Virus record (IMG/VR): IMGVR_UViG_3300029142_000017
Span: 1-32,874 of that record
Strand: one strand, 5' to 3'
Source: a virus
Taxonomy: Duplodnaviria; Caudoviricetes
Length of the DNA stretch: 32,874 nucleotides
The notes below the pieces were generated by a model. It was not told where the DNA came from and did no database searches. It saw nothing but the letters and a program-made list of their open reading frames with translations. Of the stretch, positions 18,128 through 27,390 are shown piece after piece. Each line of letters starts with the position of its first letter. Positions within the stretch are counted from its first letter, which is position 1. A program made the translations under genes and the position numbers.

Positions 18128-18502
18128 ATGCCAACAGAACGACGAACATTCAGAAACCTTGTAAGGCGAGCAATCAACGATTGTAATTGTTCTCGTCATG
18201 ACAAAATCAAACTACGATTCGCAATGGCGATGAATCGAGATTTGAGAAAAGAGGTAGAGCATGAAGCTTACAACCACTTAGTGGAAGAAGGAGCCATTGA
18301 CGATAACGTCGTATTTGGTTTCAGTGAATTCAGTGAGATCGATTTGGACAAGTTCGAAAAGTTCTTACAGATCCTCATCAAGTATCTACCACAACTAATA
18401 GAGATTTTCATCGGATTGTTTAGCAGCGATTCTGATACCTTTTTCTCTGTAACATCCAACCCATTCGCAAACCTGCCATCAGCCCAAGGAGCCAACTCAT
18501 GA
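18128..18502 (+). CDS. Hypothetical protein with an amphipathic C-terminal helix
   Basis: AAGGAGCTT RBS. IDLDKFEKFLQILIKYLPQLIEIFIGLF. Confidence 0.7.
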   Translation: MPTERRTFRNLVRRAINDCNCSRHDKIKLRFAMAMNRDLRKEVEHEAYNHLVEEGAIDDNVVFGFSEFSEIDLDKFEKFLQILIKYLPQLIEIFIGLFSSDSDTFFSVTSNPFANLPSAQGANS

Positions 18503-19116
18503 GCGTACTACACAAAAACAAAACCAGAATCGTATTCTTACTGACTCTACTGGTCATTATGTCTGGCGTAACTTACGCGGGTTGGTGGGCTAACAGACGA
18601 GCTGCACAGCGACGCATTCGATCGCAAGGACGGTTTGGTCGGGTCTTCCCACAGATGGCAGAGCGTCGAATGGAACGTATTCAAGATCGACGTATGAGAC
18701 GAGCCACCCGAGTTAGGGGGTACAGTCAAGCATCTGCCCGTAGCTACAGCTCTTGCGGAGGCTACTCTACCCCCCAATCGGTTGGGTGTGGTGGCTATTC
18801 TCAGAACAACAGAGGCTACCAAACCCAATATGCAACCCGAATCGTTCACCAACCAACCCAGATCGTACGTTCAACCCCTCAATCGGTAACTTATACCCCT
18901 AAGCAACAAATCGCCGTACAGAGCGAATCTGAGCCCCTGTACATCAACGGTGAAAGAGTGGTACCGGGGTCGATGCGTATAGTAGAAAAAACTGAAAATT
19001 CTGGCTTTACAAATGAACCCGCAGTTATCCTTGAAGAGGTGCCCGACGTACCTGAACCCATATTCACAGATATCAACCCTTACTCTGATTCATCCGTCAA
19101 CGCTACCGTATTTTGA
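18499..19116 (+). CDS. Secreted low-complexity Arg-rich / CGG-repeat protein
   Basis: ATGA overlap. Signal ..IVFLLTLLVIMSGVTYA|G, then an Arg-rich tract and SCGGYS/GCGGYS repeats. Confidence 0.65.
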   Translation: MSVLHKNKTRIVFLLTLLVIMSGVTYAGWWANRRAAQRRIRSQGRFGRVFPQMAERRMERIQDRRMRRATRVRGYSQASARSYSSCGGYSTPQSVGCGGYSQNNRGYQTQYATRIVHQPTQIVRSTPQSVTYTPKQQIAVQSESEPLYINGERVVPGSMRIVEKTENSGFTNEPAVILEEVPDVPEPIFTDINPYSDSSVNATVF

Positions 19117-19159
19117 AGCAATGGTGTTTGCTTCTAGGTAGAAGAAAGGACCTAACCAC

Positions 19160-19537
19160 ATGACCGTTTTCCAATCCCTCAAACAACTCTTCTTTCCTGG
19201 TATCACAATTCCGGTAAGTGTGAACCTAGATTTGGAAGAGACCATTACCATCGAACAGAACATCCCCGATGGGTCTGTTGAACTGGTTATCGCTGTTGAA
19301 GCAGCAGTAGCCAACATGAAAGCGTTCGGCATTCTAGGTGGTGCCAATATGACCGTTTTCAAAAACGCTAACACAGACCCAACCCCGTTCAACCTTGTGG
19401 CGAATGAAGGTCAAGGGTTTATCGAAGGCGAAGGTACTAATCCTGTCACTGCTGACTTGACACAACTGCTCGTCACTAACTCAAGTGGTGCGGATGGTCT
19501 TTTGCAAGTGGTTATTGGTATCGACACAACCCCGTAG
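19160..19537 (+). CDS. Hypothetical small beta-rich structural protein
   Basis: 125-aa ORF with an AAGGA RBS, directly before the neck/tail genes. Confidence 0.65.
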   Translation: MTVFQSLKQLFFPGITIPVSVNLDLEETITIEQNIPDGSVELVIAVEAAVANMKAFGILGGANMTVFKNANTDPTPFNLVANEGQGFIEGEGTNPVTADLTQLLVTNSSGADGLLQVVIGIDTTP

Positions 19538-19546
19538 GTTTGAATC

Positions 19547-19909
19547 GTGGCTGGTTTAAGAATTAGTGGTGTAGGTCGACTTCGAAAATCGTTTGAAGAC
19601 CGACGTAAAAAAGCTTCAGAAACAGCTGTAGAAGTTGGCTTCACAGCCAACTATGCAATTTACGTTCATGAAGCTACAGGTACCACATTCCGAGCACCAG
19701 GTACAAACGCAAAGTTTTTGGAGAAACCTGCTAGAGAACAAGGACCAACCTTACTAAAAGAAGTTAGCAAACTTACTGCTACGGGTAAGGTCAGTATGGA
19801 ACAAGCTCTCTTGCGTGCAGGTTTGAAACTTCAACGGTTAGCCATGAAGCAGACCCCTATCGACACGGGTAACCTTCGAGCATCAGCATTCACAAGGAAA
19901 TCTAAATGA
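19547..19909 (+). CDS. Neck / tail-completion protein (HK97 gp10-like)
   Basis: GTG start. Motifs YAIYVHE, AKFLEKP and PIDTGNLRAS. Confidence 0.8.
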   Translation: MAGLRISGVGRLRKSFEDRRKKASETAVEVGFTANYAIYVHEATGTTFRAPGTNAKFLEKPAREQGPTLLKEVSKLTATGKVSMEQALLRAGLKLQRLAMKQTPIDTGNLRASAFTRKSK

Positions 19910-20412
19910 CCACAGTTAGATTTGATGCTGTTGTTCACCCTGTCAGTAGGATCATAGCTCAGTACTTGATTGGTCAAGGTTTGGGTGTTGACCCTGCTAC
20001 GATCGACGATGCTGGTTTTGATACTGATTGGCTTTTGTACACGACGAACCTTCCACAGCATTCCAACAATTGTATAGCGATCAATGATACGACACCTGAA
20101 AAGGGAATACGCAACCAAGTAGCTTTGTATACATGTTTACGGTATGGACTCCAAATCCGTACCCGCAATAATTGCGACAATGAAGCTTGGAAGCGTGCTC
20201 ATGAAATCAAGATTGCTTTAGACAGAGTTGCTAATCAACAAATCACTTTCGTTGACTACGCAGATAACGACAGTGAGCATTTGTACAAGTTCCACGGTAT
20301 AGAGACAGTCAGCGGTCCTATTCCATTGGGACAAGAGTTAGAGACCGGGCAGGGTAAAAGATATTTAATGTCACACAATGTTCTGGTTTCTATTACACCC
20401 GATGTTTCCTAA
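19906..20412 (+). CDS. Tail terminator protein
   Basis: Position before the tail tube gene, ATGA coupling and the pattern LQIRTR..AWKRAHEIKIAL. Confidence 0.7.
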   Translation: MTTVRFDAVVHPVSRIIAQYLIGQGLGVDPATIDDAGFDTDWLLYTTNLPQHSNNCIAINDTTPEKGIRNQVALYTCLRYGLQIRTRNNCDNEAWKRAHEIKIALDRVANQQITFVDYADNDSEHLYKFHGIETVSGPIPLGQELETGQGKRYLMSHNVLVSITPDVS

Positions 20413-20432
20413 CTTAAGAAGGAACAATAACT

Positions 20433-20912
20433 ATGGCTGCTCCAGCAGTTGTCGCCCTACCTACCGCTGCATCAAAAGCAGCTAACACCCCGTTAGAGAA
20501 TGGCTTTTCCACACGTATCGCTATGGGTAATGCCCCTGGTGTTGCACTGTGGGAAGTTTCAGTAACTCCACCATCACTTGAAGGTGGTGACCCAATCGAC
20601 GGTACAGACATGTACTCAGAACGGTGGATGCGTAAGTGCGTACCCGCTTTGATTGAGATGGGATTGCTAACTGCTACTGCAAAGTACAGTCCGCAATTTT
20701 TGTCTGTTGCTAATACGGTTATCAATGATCCAACCAACATCACTGTGTGGTTTCCTGACGGTTCTAGTTGGACTTTTTGGGGTTGGTTGAAATCGTTTAC
20801 ACCTGGCGAATTGGTAGAGGGCGAAAAGCCTACCGCTACCGTCGAGTACGTGATCAGCAACAATGATCCAACAACGGGCACAGAAGAAGACCCAATCTAC
20901 ACTGCACCGTAA
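20433..20912 (+). CDS. Major tail tube protein
   Basis: VTPPSLEGGDPID and ITVWFPDGSSWTFWGWLKSFTPGEL resemble siphovirus tube proteins. Precedes the chaperones and tape measure gene. Confidence 0.8.
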   Translation: MAAPAVVALPTAASKAANTPLENGFSTRIAMGNAPGVALWEVSVTPPSLEGGDPIDGTDMYSERWMRKCVPALIEMGLLTATAKYSPQFLSVANTVINDPTNITVWFPDGSSWTFWGWLKSFTPGELVEGEKPTATVEYVISNNDPTTGTEEDPIYTAP

Positions 20913-20952
20913 TTAACAACCAAAATCCAACCAAACATACCGGAGCTTAACT

Positions 20953-21312
20953 ATGTCTCACAAAGGATTCGACTATTCAGAAGATCTCGACATTGTAGTA
21001 CCTGTCAAAGGTCTCAAAGGTAAAGATTATGAACTACGCGAAGCATCTGCCGAAGATGGTAAGAAGTTCAAGCGTATTGCTAGTCAATCAGTACGACAAA
21101 CCGACGTAGGTACCAAAGTAGTAGATCCTGGAGGTATGGAATACCTCATTCTGACAATGTGTCTCTATGACTTAGAGGCTAACGCATTCGTCACTTCTGA
21201 CTTCTTAAACACTCTCAAGAGTCGTCAAATCATTCAACTGTCTGAAACCGCTCTTGAGATTTCTGGATTGAAGCAGAATGATGAGGACGATGAGGATGAA
21301 CTAAAAAACTAA
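20953..21312 (+). CDS. Tail assembly chaperone (G-like)
   Basis: Lies between the tube and tape measure genes and ends ELKN* on a slippery heptamer. Confidence 0.8.
   Translation: MSHKGFDYSEDLDIVVPVKGLKGKDYELREASAEDGKKFKRIASQSVRQTDVGTKVVDPGGMEYLILTMCLYDLEANAFVTSDFLNTLKSRQIIQLSETALEISGLKQNDEDDEDELKN
21303..21309 (+). other. -1 programmed frameshift site A AAA AAC
   Basis: X XXY YYZ heptamer in the correct phase immediately before the TAA. The downstream ORF is in the -1 frame. Confidence 0.8.
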
Positions 21313-21725
21313 TGCTAGAGAACCAAGGATGGTTCGACTTAGCTAGTCACTTAGGGATGAGTTTGAACGAAGTACAAGAAAAGCATTCAGAACGACAACT
21401 AAAACTTTGGATGCTCTACTTACAACGGCAATGGAACAGACCCAATCGAACAGATCACTATTTAATGCAAGTCGCTGCATTGGTTAGAGATCAGAATAAG
21501 AAGAGAGGACAAGCACCAACCAAGATAGGACAATTACTAATCACGTTCGGCATGAATAAGCTGTTCAAATCTAACAAACCAGAGGAGGCACAACCTACCC
21601 CAGAAATCGACAAGGTTTTAGAGCAAGACGCTAAGAACAAGAAAAAGCTAATGGAAGAGAAAAACGTCTGGAACATGATCTTCGCAAAGAGTATCAAACA
21701 TGGCAATCGAAAAACTAATAGTTAA
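21312..21725 (+). CDS. Tail assembly chaperone frameshift extension (T-like)
   Basis: -1 frame relative to the upstream chaperone. LASHLGMSLNEV..S..QL..W pattern. Confidence 0.75.
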   Translation: MLENQGWFDLASHLGMSLNEVQEKHSERQLKLWMLYLQRQWNRPNRTDHYLMQVAALVRDQNKKRGQAPTKIGQLLITFGMNKLFKSNKPEEAQPTPEIDKVLEQDAKNKKKLMEEKNVWNMIFAKSIKHGNRKTNS

Positions 21726-23691
21726 ACTGATTGGGGAAAGTGCTAGCTACACTAAGATGCTAGACACCGCTACCAATCAAGTAACGACTTTTGAAAAGAA
21801 GATTGTAGCGGTAGATGCGAAGATTAAATCTGTTGCTGCGTCTACCACGTCTCTGGGGAAGAAGCTCACTCTTGGTATTACTGCACCTATGGCAGCGGCT
21901 GGAGTTGGGGCAGTTAAGACAGCAGTCGATTTCAATAGACTACTAGGGAAAGTAGAAGCGTTAGGTGTTTCCACTGAGCGTACCAGAGAATTAGGTAATG
22001 CTATTCAGGATATAGGTATCAAAACAGGCCGGTCAACAACTGAGATGGGACTAGGTTTAGAGAAGGTAGTTAGTGCGTTTGGAGACAGTGAAGATACGGT
22101 AGCTACAATGGAGACCCTAGCCCGTGCAGCTACAGCCGGCGGTTCTACTGTTACTGAAGCTCTTGAATTAGCCAGTGGAGTAACCAAAGCTTATGGTGAT
22201 ACGTCAGCCGAAGCAGTCAAGCACGTACTAGACTTAGCTTTAAAGACTAATGAACTTGGTCAAACTAGCTTTCCTGAACTTGCTAAAAACATGGGTAAAG
22301 TTACTGCTCTTGGGTCTAGTTTGGGAGCATCTCAAGAAGAACTGTTCGGGATTATGTCAGTAGTTACCGGAGTGACTGGTAATACCGCAGAAGCTGCAAC
22401 TCAATTACGAGGTATATTTGCTGCCCTAGCTGCTCCAACTAGTGATCTCAATGAATTATTGAAGAGTCAGGGATTAGCGTCTGGTGCTGCATTAGTCAAA
22501 CAGAAGGGATTAGCGGGAGCAATTAAGGCTATCACTACCGCAGCTGAAGAATCCGGTAAGCCTTTACAAAAATACATTGGCAGTATTGAAGGTTCAACCC
22601 AAGCTCTTGCCTTAACAGGTGGTCTAGCTGATGAATACGTCGCTAAGCAAAAAGCAGTCAACAACGCATCGGGAGCAGCAGATAAAGCGTTCAAAGCACA
22701 AACAGAAGGTGTTAACCAATTAGGGTTCATGTATGACCAACTAAAAACAAAAGTTGAGGTTGCTGCACAACGACTAGGACAAAAACTTCTTCCGACTGTT
22801 ATTAAACTTACAGACAGGATCATAGACATTAGTGAAAGAGCGGGAGATTGGATAGATAAGAATCAAGAACTTTCTATTCAGATTGCTGCCGTAACCGCAG
22901 CTGCCGGACCCGCATTGATCATAGGTGGTAAGTTAGTTGGAATGCTAAGTCTAGCCACGTCTGGGGTAGGTAGTCTTGTTGGAGCACTAATTAAAGCAGC
23001 TATCTTCTTAGCGGGCTTTACCAATCCTGTAGGTTTAGCAGTTGTAGCTATAGCTGGATTAATCGCTATCGTATTCGCATTCGCAGGTAGTTGGGAAAAG
23101 ACTGTTTCAGTTGTGAAGAATGCGATGGAATCATTAGTAGAGTTGATCATTACTACCAATAGGATTACTCGTAGAATATTTACAGTCCTGTTTGGGTTCT
23201 TGATTGAACAATTCAAAAAGGTATTTACAAAAGATTTCATCAAGAGTGTTTTAGCAGGTATCAAAGTAGCTGGTGAAAAACTAGGGGAATTCTTCGAGTT
23301 TGTTACGCGTAAGATCAAAGCACTACTAACCGGTGATGAGTTTGGTACGTTTGAAGACTTCTTTGCTGAACTTAGTGGAGATCTTGAAACTGGTGGACAG
23401 GTTCAAAGCTTTGGAGACTTTAGTCAAGCGATTAAAGATATAGCTTCTGAAGAGTTCAAACGGTTCAATCAAAATGAAGCCGTGCAACGTACCGGTCAAT
23501 TCGCTAAAGAAAGTGCAGCCACTATTAGGGAAGAAGTACCGAAAATTACAGAATCGATTGTCAACAATATCGCCGATAACAAGTTGACTAAGGACTTACT
23601 ATCGAAGACGGAAGAACTAGTAGAAGTAGGTAAGCAACAACTTGAAGCGGAAGCAGACACCCTTAGGGTAGAACCTGTAGGTTTAAGGTAA
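21700..23691 (+). CDS. Tape measure protein (TP901-like)
   Basis: 663 aa, Ala/Gly-rich and helical. GKKLTLGITAP, GQTSFPELA, AEAATQLRG and TNPVGLAVVAIAGL motifs. Confidence 0.9.
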   Translation: MAIEKLIVKLIGESASYTKMLDTATNQVTTFEKKIVAVDAKIKSVAASTTSLGKKLTLGITAPMAAAGVGAVKTAVDFNRLLGKVEALGVSTERTRELGNAIQDIGIKTGRSTTEMGLGLEKVVSAFGDSEDTVATMETLARAATAGGSTVTEALELASGVTKAYGDTSAEAVKHVLDLALKTNELGQTSFPELAKNMGKVTALGSSLGASQEELFGIMSVVTGVTGNTAEAATQLRGIFAALAAPTSDLNELLKSQGLASGAALVKQKGLAGAIKAITTAAEESGKPLQKYIGSIEGSTQALALTGGLADEYVAKQKAVNNASGAADKAFKAQTEGVNQLGFMYDQLKTKVEVAAQRLGQKLLPTVIKLTDRIIDISERAGDWIDKNQELSIQIAAVTAAAGPALIIGGKLVGMLSLATSGVGSLVGALIKAAIFLAGFTNPVGLAVVAIAGLIAIVFAFAGSWEKTVSVVKNAMESLVELIITTNRITRRIFTVLFGFLIEQFKKVFTKDFIKSVLAGIKVAGEKLGEFFEFVTRKIKALLTGDEFGTFEDFFAELSGDLETGGQVQSFGDFSQAIKDIASEEFKRFNQNEAVQRTGQFAKESAATIREEVPKITESIVNNIADNKLTKDLLSKTEELVEVGKQQLEAEADTLRVEPVGLR

Positions 23692-23696
23692 CCACA

Positions 23697-24656
23697 ATGG
23701 CAGAAGTACTAGCACCAGGCCAAAGCATCAAGTCTTGGACTCTTGATCGAGACGAGAGAGGCCATCGCACATACAACGTAACCTGGCATGTGTTAGCAGA
23801 TGGTAAAGAAGGTCCAGGGGTAGTAATGGAAGCTACTGGCTTACCTACTATTGGTTCTGTTTGGAACTTTTTTGGTGAACTAGATCCATGGGCATTCTGT
23901 ACGCCCTATCTAAAAGTACGACCAGTCAAACAGGGTCACGCGTCTGTACAAGCAGGTAGGGATAAAACCCTTTGGCTAGTCGACCAAAAATTCTCAACGC
24001 TACCTTTAGAACGTTGTAACGATACTAGCATAGAGAATCCATTAGCTGAACCAGATCAAATTAGTGGATCGTTTGTTACTCGTTCTTTTTTGTACGATAG
24101 AGATAGGAATGACAACCCAATAAAAACGATTAGCTTTGAACGTGTGCAAGTTGAATATCCCAGAGGATATCCCACAGTACAGATTACCCAGAACAAGCTA
24201 AGCCTACCCTTAAGTCAATATTCAGAAGCTCACAATTCAGTCAACGAGTTAAGTATGTGGGGGTTAGACCCTCGCACGATTCGTTTAGATAACATTAGTT
24301 GGGAACGACGTCTATACGCAACTTGTTTCTATTACTATCCAACCACGTTTGAATACGATATCGATATAGACACATTTGATTTAAGTGACGTTCCACAAGA
24401 AAGTGAAATGGTGCTTGATGGTCAATGGGACGAAACTTCTGGTCTGTGGGTTAACGTAGCTGGGGTGAGTCAGCCTAGTACAGACCCAACGGATTACATC
24501 CGATTCATTGACAAAAATGGTAACCCTGGTCGAACTTATTTGAATGCTGCTGGTAACCCGGCGATTGATGAAGCTACTATAGCTTACTTGCCCAAGATTG
24601 AAATCAGCGACGAATACAACTTCTTTTTATTAGGCATGCCAACCACACTAGCCTAA
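23697..24656 (+). CDS. Putative distal-tail/hub protein
   Basis: First gene after the tape measure gene; beta-rich, 319 aa. Function from synteny only. Confidence 0.55.
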   Translation: MAEVLAPGQSIKSWTLDRDERGHRTYNVTWHVLADGKEGPGVVMEATGLPTIGSVWNFFGELDPWAFCTPYLKVRPVKQGHASVQAGRDKTLWLVDQKFSTLPLERCNDTSIENPLAEPDQISGSFVTRSFLYDRDRNDNPIKTISFERVQVEYPRGYPTVQITQNKLSLPLSQYSEAHNSVNELSMWGLDPRTIRLDNISWERRLYATCFYYYPTTFEYDIDIDTFDLSDVPQESEMVLDGQWDETSGLWVNVAGVSQPSTDPTDYIRFIDKNGNPGRTYLNAAGNPAIDEATIAYLPKIEISDEYNFFLLGMPTTLA

Positions 24657-24673
24657 CTTAAGCGAGCTTAACC

Positions 24674-25114
24674 ATGAGTATTCTTACAGCCAAACTTCAG
24701 GTGTACCACCACATGGAGAGAGCTGAACAACCGTTTGGCTATGAAAAGTCTTTTTCCTTTGAATCGAAAGGGGAAGGTGAGTTTGATGATCGACAGGTGT
24801 ACAACCGAATCAAGAGATTAAAAGCTAACACCCCTACAGAATTTGATTTAGGTTGGGTTGATCCTAAAGACATAGCGATGATTATCGTTGAGAACTTAGA
24901 GGGTAAACCAGCTAAGAATCCTTCTGAAGAAGAGAAACAACAAATCGAACAGTCCATAGTGGTTGTTCGTGACAAAACATCAAAACAAGATTACGTTTGT
25001 GGAATTGTAATACCTCCACAAGGATGCCAACAATTGGTACTCTCTGATTTCGATCGGTTCGAATTGGTTGCTCCTGTAGAGGTACGAATCAAATTAGTTG
25101 TGGTACCTAAATGA
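24674..25114 (+). CDS. Hypothetical tail-region protein
   Basis: 146-aa ORF with GAGCTTAACC before the ATG, coupled to the next gene. Confidence 0.65.
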   Translation: MSILTAKLQVYHHMERAEQPFGYEKSFSFESKGEGEFDDRQVYNRIKRLKANTPTEFDLGWVDPKDIAMIIVENLEGKPAKNPSEEEKQQIEQSIVVVRDKTSKQDYVCGIVIPPQGCQQLVLSDFDRFELVAPVEVRIKLVVVPK

Positions 25115-26304
25115 CTACCGCACATGTCCTAACACCTGCCGAACGTGTTAAATTCCAACGTATGTACGAATGGTACTTGCGTGAAGAGAAGTCACGTATA
25201 CGTCCGGTCAATATGACTACGCCGGTGTTGGGAAATGATCTGTACATAGCTGCTCCACCTGTTGGTGGTATACCTGCTAGAAGCGGTACTACCCCAGGAA
25301 GAGCAGAATGCCAAGTATGGAAAATTGATAAAGACCATGCTAACCGTACTCTCATATTGGCTCACCCTGACGAGGTTGTATACAACGTAAGTGAAACGGT
25401 TATAACTGATGACTACGTTATCATCAGCAAAACTAAGTATGGTCGATGGGTGGTCTTAGCTGGTGGAGGTGCAGGTAAAAAAGGTAGAGTGTGTGTAAAA
25501 GGAACACTAGACCAAGATCTACTTCCTGGAGAAGGTGGTACCATGAGCGGGTTAGTCTGCTTGTGGAATATTGATGAGGTGGTACTACCTGGTACTATCA
25601 ACGTTCTCAACTGTACTGACCAAACATTAGAGAACGGTAAAGATTACGAAGCTTGCTACAACTGCGAATGTAAATTTGTTATTACCAATTGCTGTCCATT
25701 ACACCCTGCTAATTGTCCTAACTGCTTCTACTCTTGTGCTGACAATTACGATATCATTCTTCCCTCTGGTATCTTCACTCATCCCATCTGTAGTTGCTTA
25801 GATGGTATTACCGTCCCTTATAGCTTTGATTCAGATTGTCTCTACTTAACAGAGCAACCAGGACCATACATTATTGATAGTTGTACTGATCCTACATGGG
25901 ATGGTATAGCGATCAACCCTTGTGAGTGTGCTGGAGGTCCCCAACCAACTTGCATACCTGATACCGTTGCTGATCCGGATTGTCGTTACTGTGTTGGGGA
26001 TGGTACGGTTCCTTGTACATACTGTAGAGCTAACTGCAGTCATGGTTTGAGAGAAGCATTAGGTAATCTTAATTGCATAGCAAACAATTGGGTGTTGAAT
26101 TTAGACATTGGTACTGCAGGTCCTTGTCCTAACATTTCAATTGCGATGACTAGTGTTTCTTACCCTTATCCAGCCAACGGTAATTGCCCACCACGTGAAA
26201 TGAACATGGATGTGACAGTCACTAACGATTGCAACGATCCCGATTTGCAATGCGTACCTACTACCTTTCCAATAACCGTAAGAGTTGAACCGAGAAACAA
26301 CTGA
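25111..26304 (+). CDS. Cysteine-rich putative tail-tip / receptor-binding protein
   Basis: About 29 Cys in 397 aa by hand count, mostly C-terminal (CxxC, CxC, CC). Located in the tail module. Confidence 0.6.
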   Translation: MTTAHVLTPAERVKFQRMYEWYLREEKSRIRPVNMTTPVLGNDLYIAAPPVGGIPARSGTTPGRAECQVWKIDKDHANRTLILAHPDEVVYNVSETVITDDYVIISKTKYGRWVVLAGGGAGKKGRVCVKGTLDQDLLPGEGGTMSGLVCLWNIDEVVLPGTINVLNCTDQTLENGKDYEACYNCECKFVITNCCPLHPANCPNCFYSCADNYDIILPSGIFTHPICSCLDGITVPYSFDSDCLYLTEQPGPYIIDSCTDPTWDGIAINPCECAGGPQPTCIPDTVADPDCRYCVGDGTVPCTYCRANCSHGLREALGNLNCIANNWVLNLDIGTAGPCPNISIAMTSVSYPYPANGNCPPREMNMDVTVTNDCNDPDLQCVPTTFPITVRVEPRNN

Positions 26305-26957
26305 TGAGCTTGACCACATACATCTTAGGAGGGGAACGTACAACGTACTTGCCGCTACAATTAAAAGCGATCAACAAGTACATTCGAGCGGATGAGGTTG
26401 TGTACGTTCAAGGTCCATTACACTTCAACCGGGCTATGGCTTCACAATTTAGGTATAAGGATGTCAGCAATTTCGGAATTAAAAGCTTGGAGTTGACCGC
26501 TCAAGAAGTTCAACCATCAAGCTACAAAGATCGAATACGTTCAACCCCTCCCGCCGTGTTACCTAAGTGCAAAACTGATTACGCGTTGTTTTTACATGGT
26601 GATATCTTTCCCTATGATGAATTCAATATAGAAGACATTTTGCAGGGTAAACAAAGGGCGTTCCCACAATCATTATCGATGCAGTGGTATCTAACTCATA
26701 AGGATTTACAAGAAAACTTTTTTGTGGTTCATCGAAACTTACTTGAAGAGTGTACAACGTACGTTGTCGACCAGGTTAGCCAAGACGAGTGGGACGTTCT
26801 GTTCAATGGTATAGAAGATGTAGAACAGATACCTTACTTTGGAGCACAGCATTACAGACCCTCTTTTATCCACATGGACAACTACTGTAATGATTTTGAA
26901 GAAGTCGTTGAGTTAAAAGCAGAAGCCATATCGAGGTTGTACGATGGGCTGCACTGA
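26304..26957 (+). CDS. Glycosyltransferase-like protein (GT-A-like, degenerate DxD)
   Basis: N-terminal LPLQLKAINKY, and YALFLHGDIFP where GT-A enzymes have hhhhDxDhF. Confidence 0.45.
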   Translation: MSLTTYILGGERTTYLPLQLKAINKYIRADEVVYVQGPLHFNRAMASQFRYKDVSNFGIKSLELTAQEVQPSSYKDRIRSTPPAVLPKCKTDYALFLHGDIFPYDEFNIEDILQGKQRAFPQSLSMQWYLTHKDLQENFFVVHRNLLEECTTYVVDQVSQDEWDVLFNGIEDVEQIPYFGAQHYRPSFIHMDNYCNDFEEVVELKAEAISRLYDGLH

Positions 26958-27150
26958 TTGTGGTGGAGAACCGTTAGACCATTCAGACCGGTTAGTAGAA
27001 GCACGAAGAACATTCATTCGTAAGGTTAGAGGTGTTGAATACGTTATGACCAAAGGGGAACAACACTGTATACCGTTTGAACACTTCGCGTTGATGACGG
27101 TGTTTGTTAAGGAGCTTGGAAAATGTCAGATGTCATCATCAGAGGAATAG
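26944..27150 (+). CDS. Small hypothetical protein with an N-terminal CxxC
   Basis: MGCTDCGG; overlaps both neighbours. Confidence 0.55.
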   Translation: MGCTDCGGEPLDHSDRLVEARRTFIRKVRGVEYVMTKGEQHCIPFEHFALMTVFVKELGKCQMSSSEE

Positions 27151-27389
27151 CGGCTTACTACTTGAACTACTGCTTACATGAAACACACGGACCATTCAAA
27201 CTGTTTGAAAAGATTAAGTGGTTAGGTATTGTGCCTACGTGTGCTACGTGTACGTGTGCGTGGTTTGCCCTGCTGTACTTTGTACCAATTGAAGTTTGCG
27301 AGTTTTTAGCTATCGCTGGGGTAGCATCTGCGGTTCACCCCTTCGTAAAGCAATCCAACCTAAACGCAGAAATACTTGAAGGAGATTGA
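27123..27389 (+). CDS. Small membrane protein, DUF1360-like (CxxCxxxW)
   Basis: AAGGAGCTT RBS. CATCTCAW followed by hydrophobic helices. Confidence 0.55.
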   Translation: MSDVIIRGIAAYYLNYCLHETHGPFKLFEKIKWLGIVPTCATCTCAWFALLYFVPIEVCEFLAIAGVASAVHPFVKQSNLNAEILEGD

Positions 27390-27390
27390 C

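Noticed and set aside
3426-26304. Diversity-generating retroelement targeting fibre genes
   Set aside because: No reverse transcriptase is present, and the repeated modules differ at all base types rather than only at adenines.
1015-26343. Many short minus-strand and off-frame ORFs in the ORF track
   Set aside because: They are shadows of the long, tightly coupled plus-strand genes, with no RBS or motifs. The same applies to plus-strand ORFs over 27690-32484.
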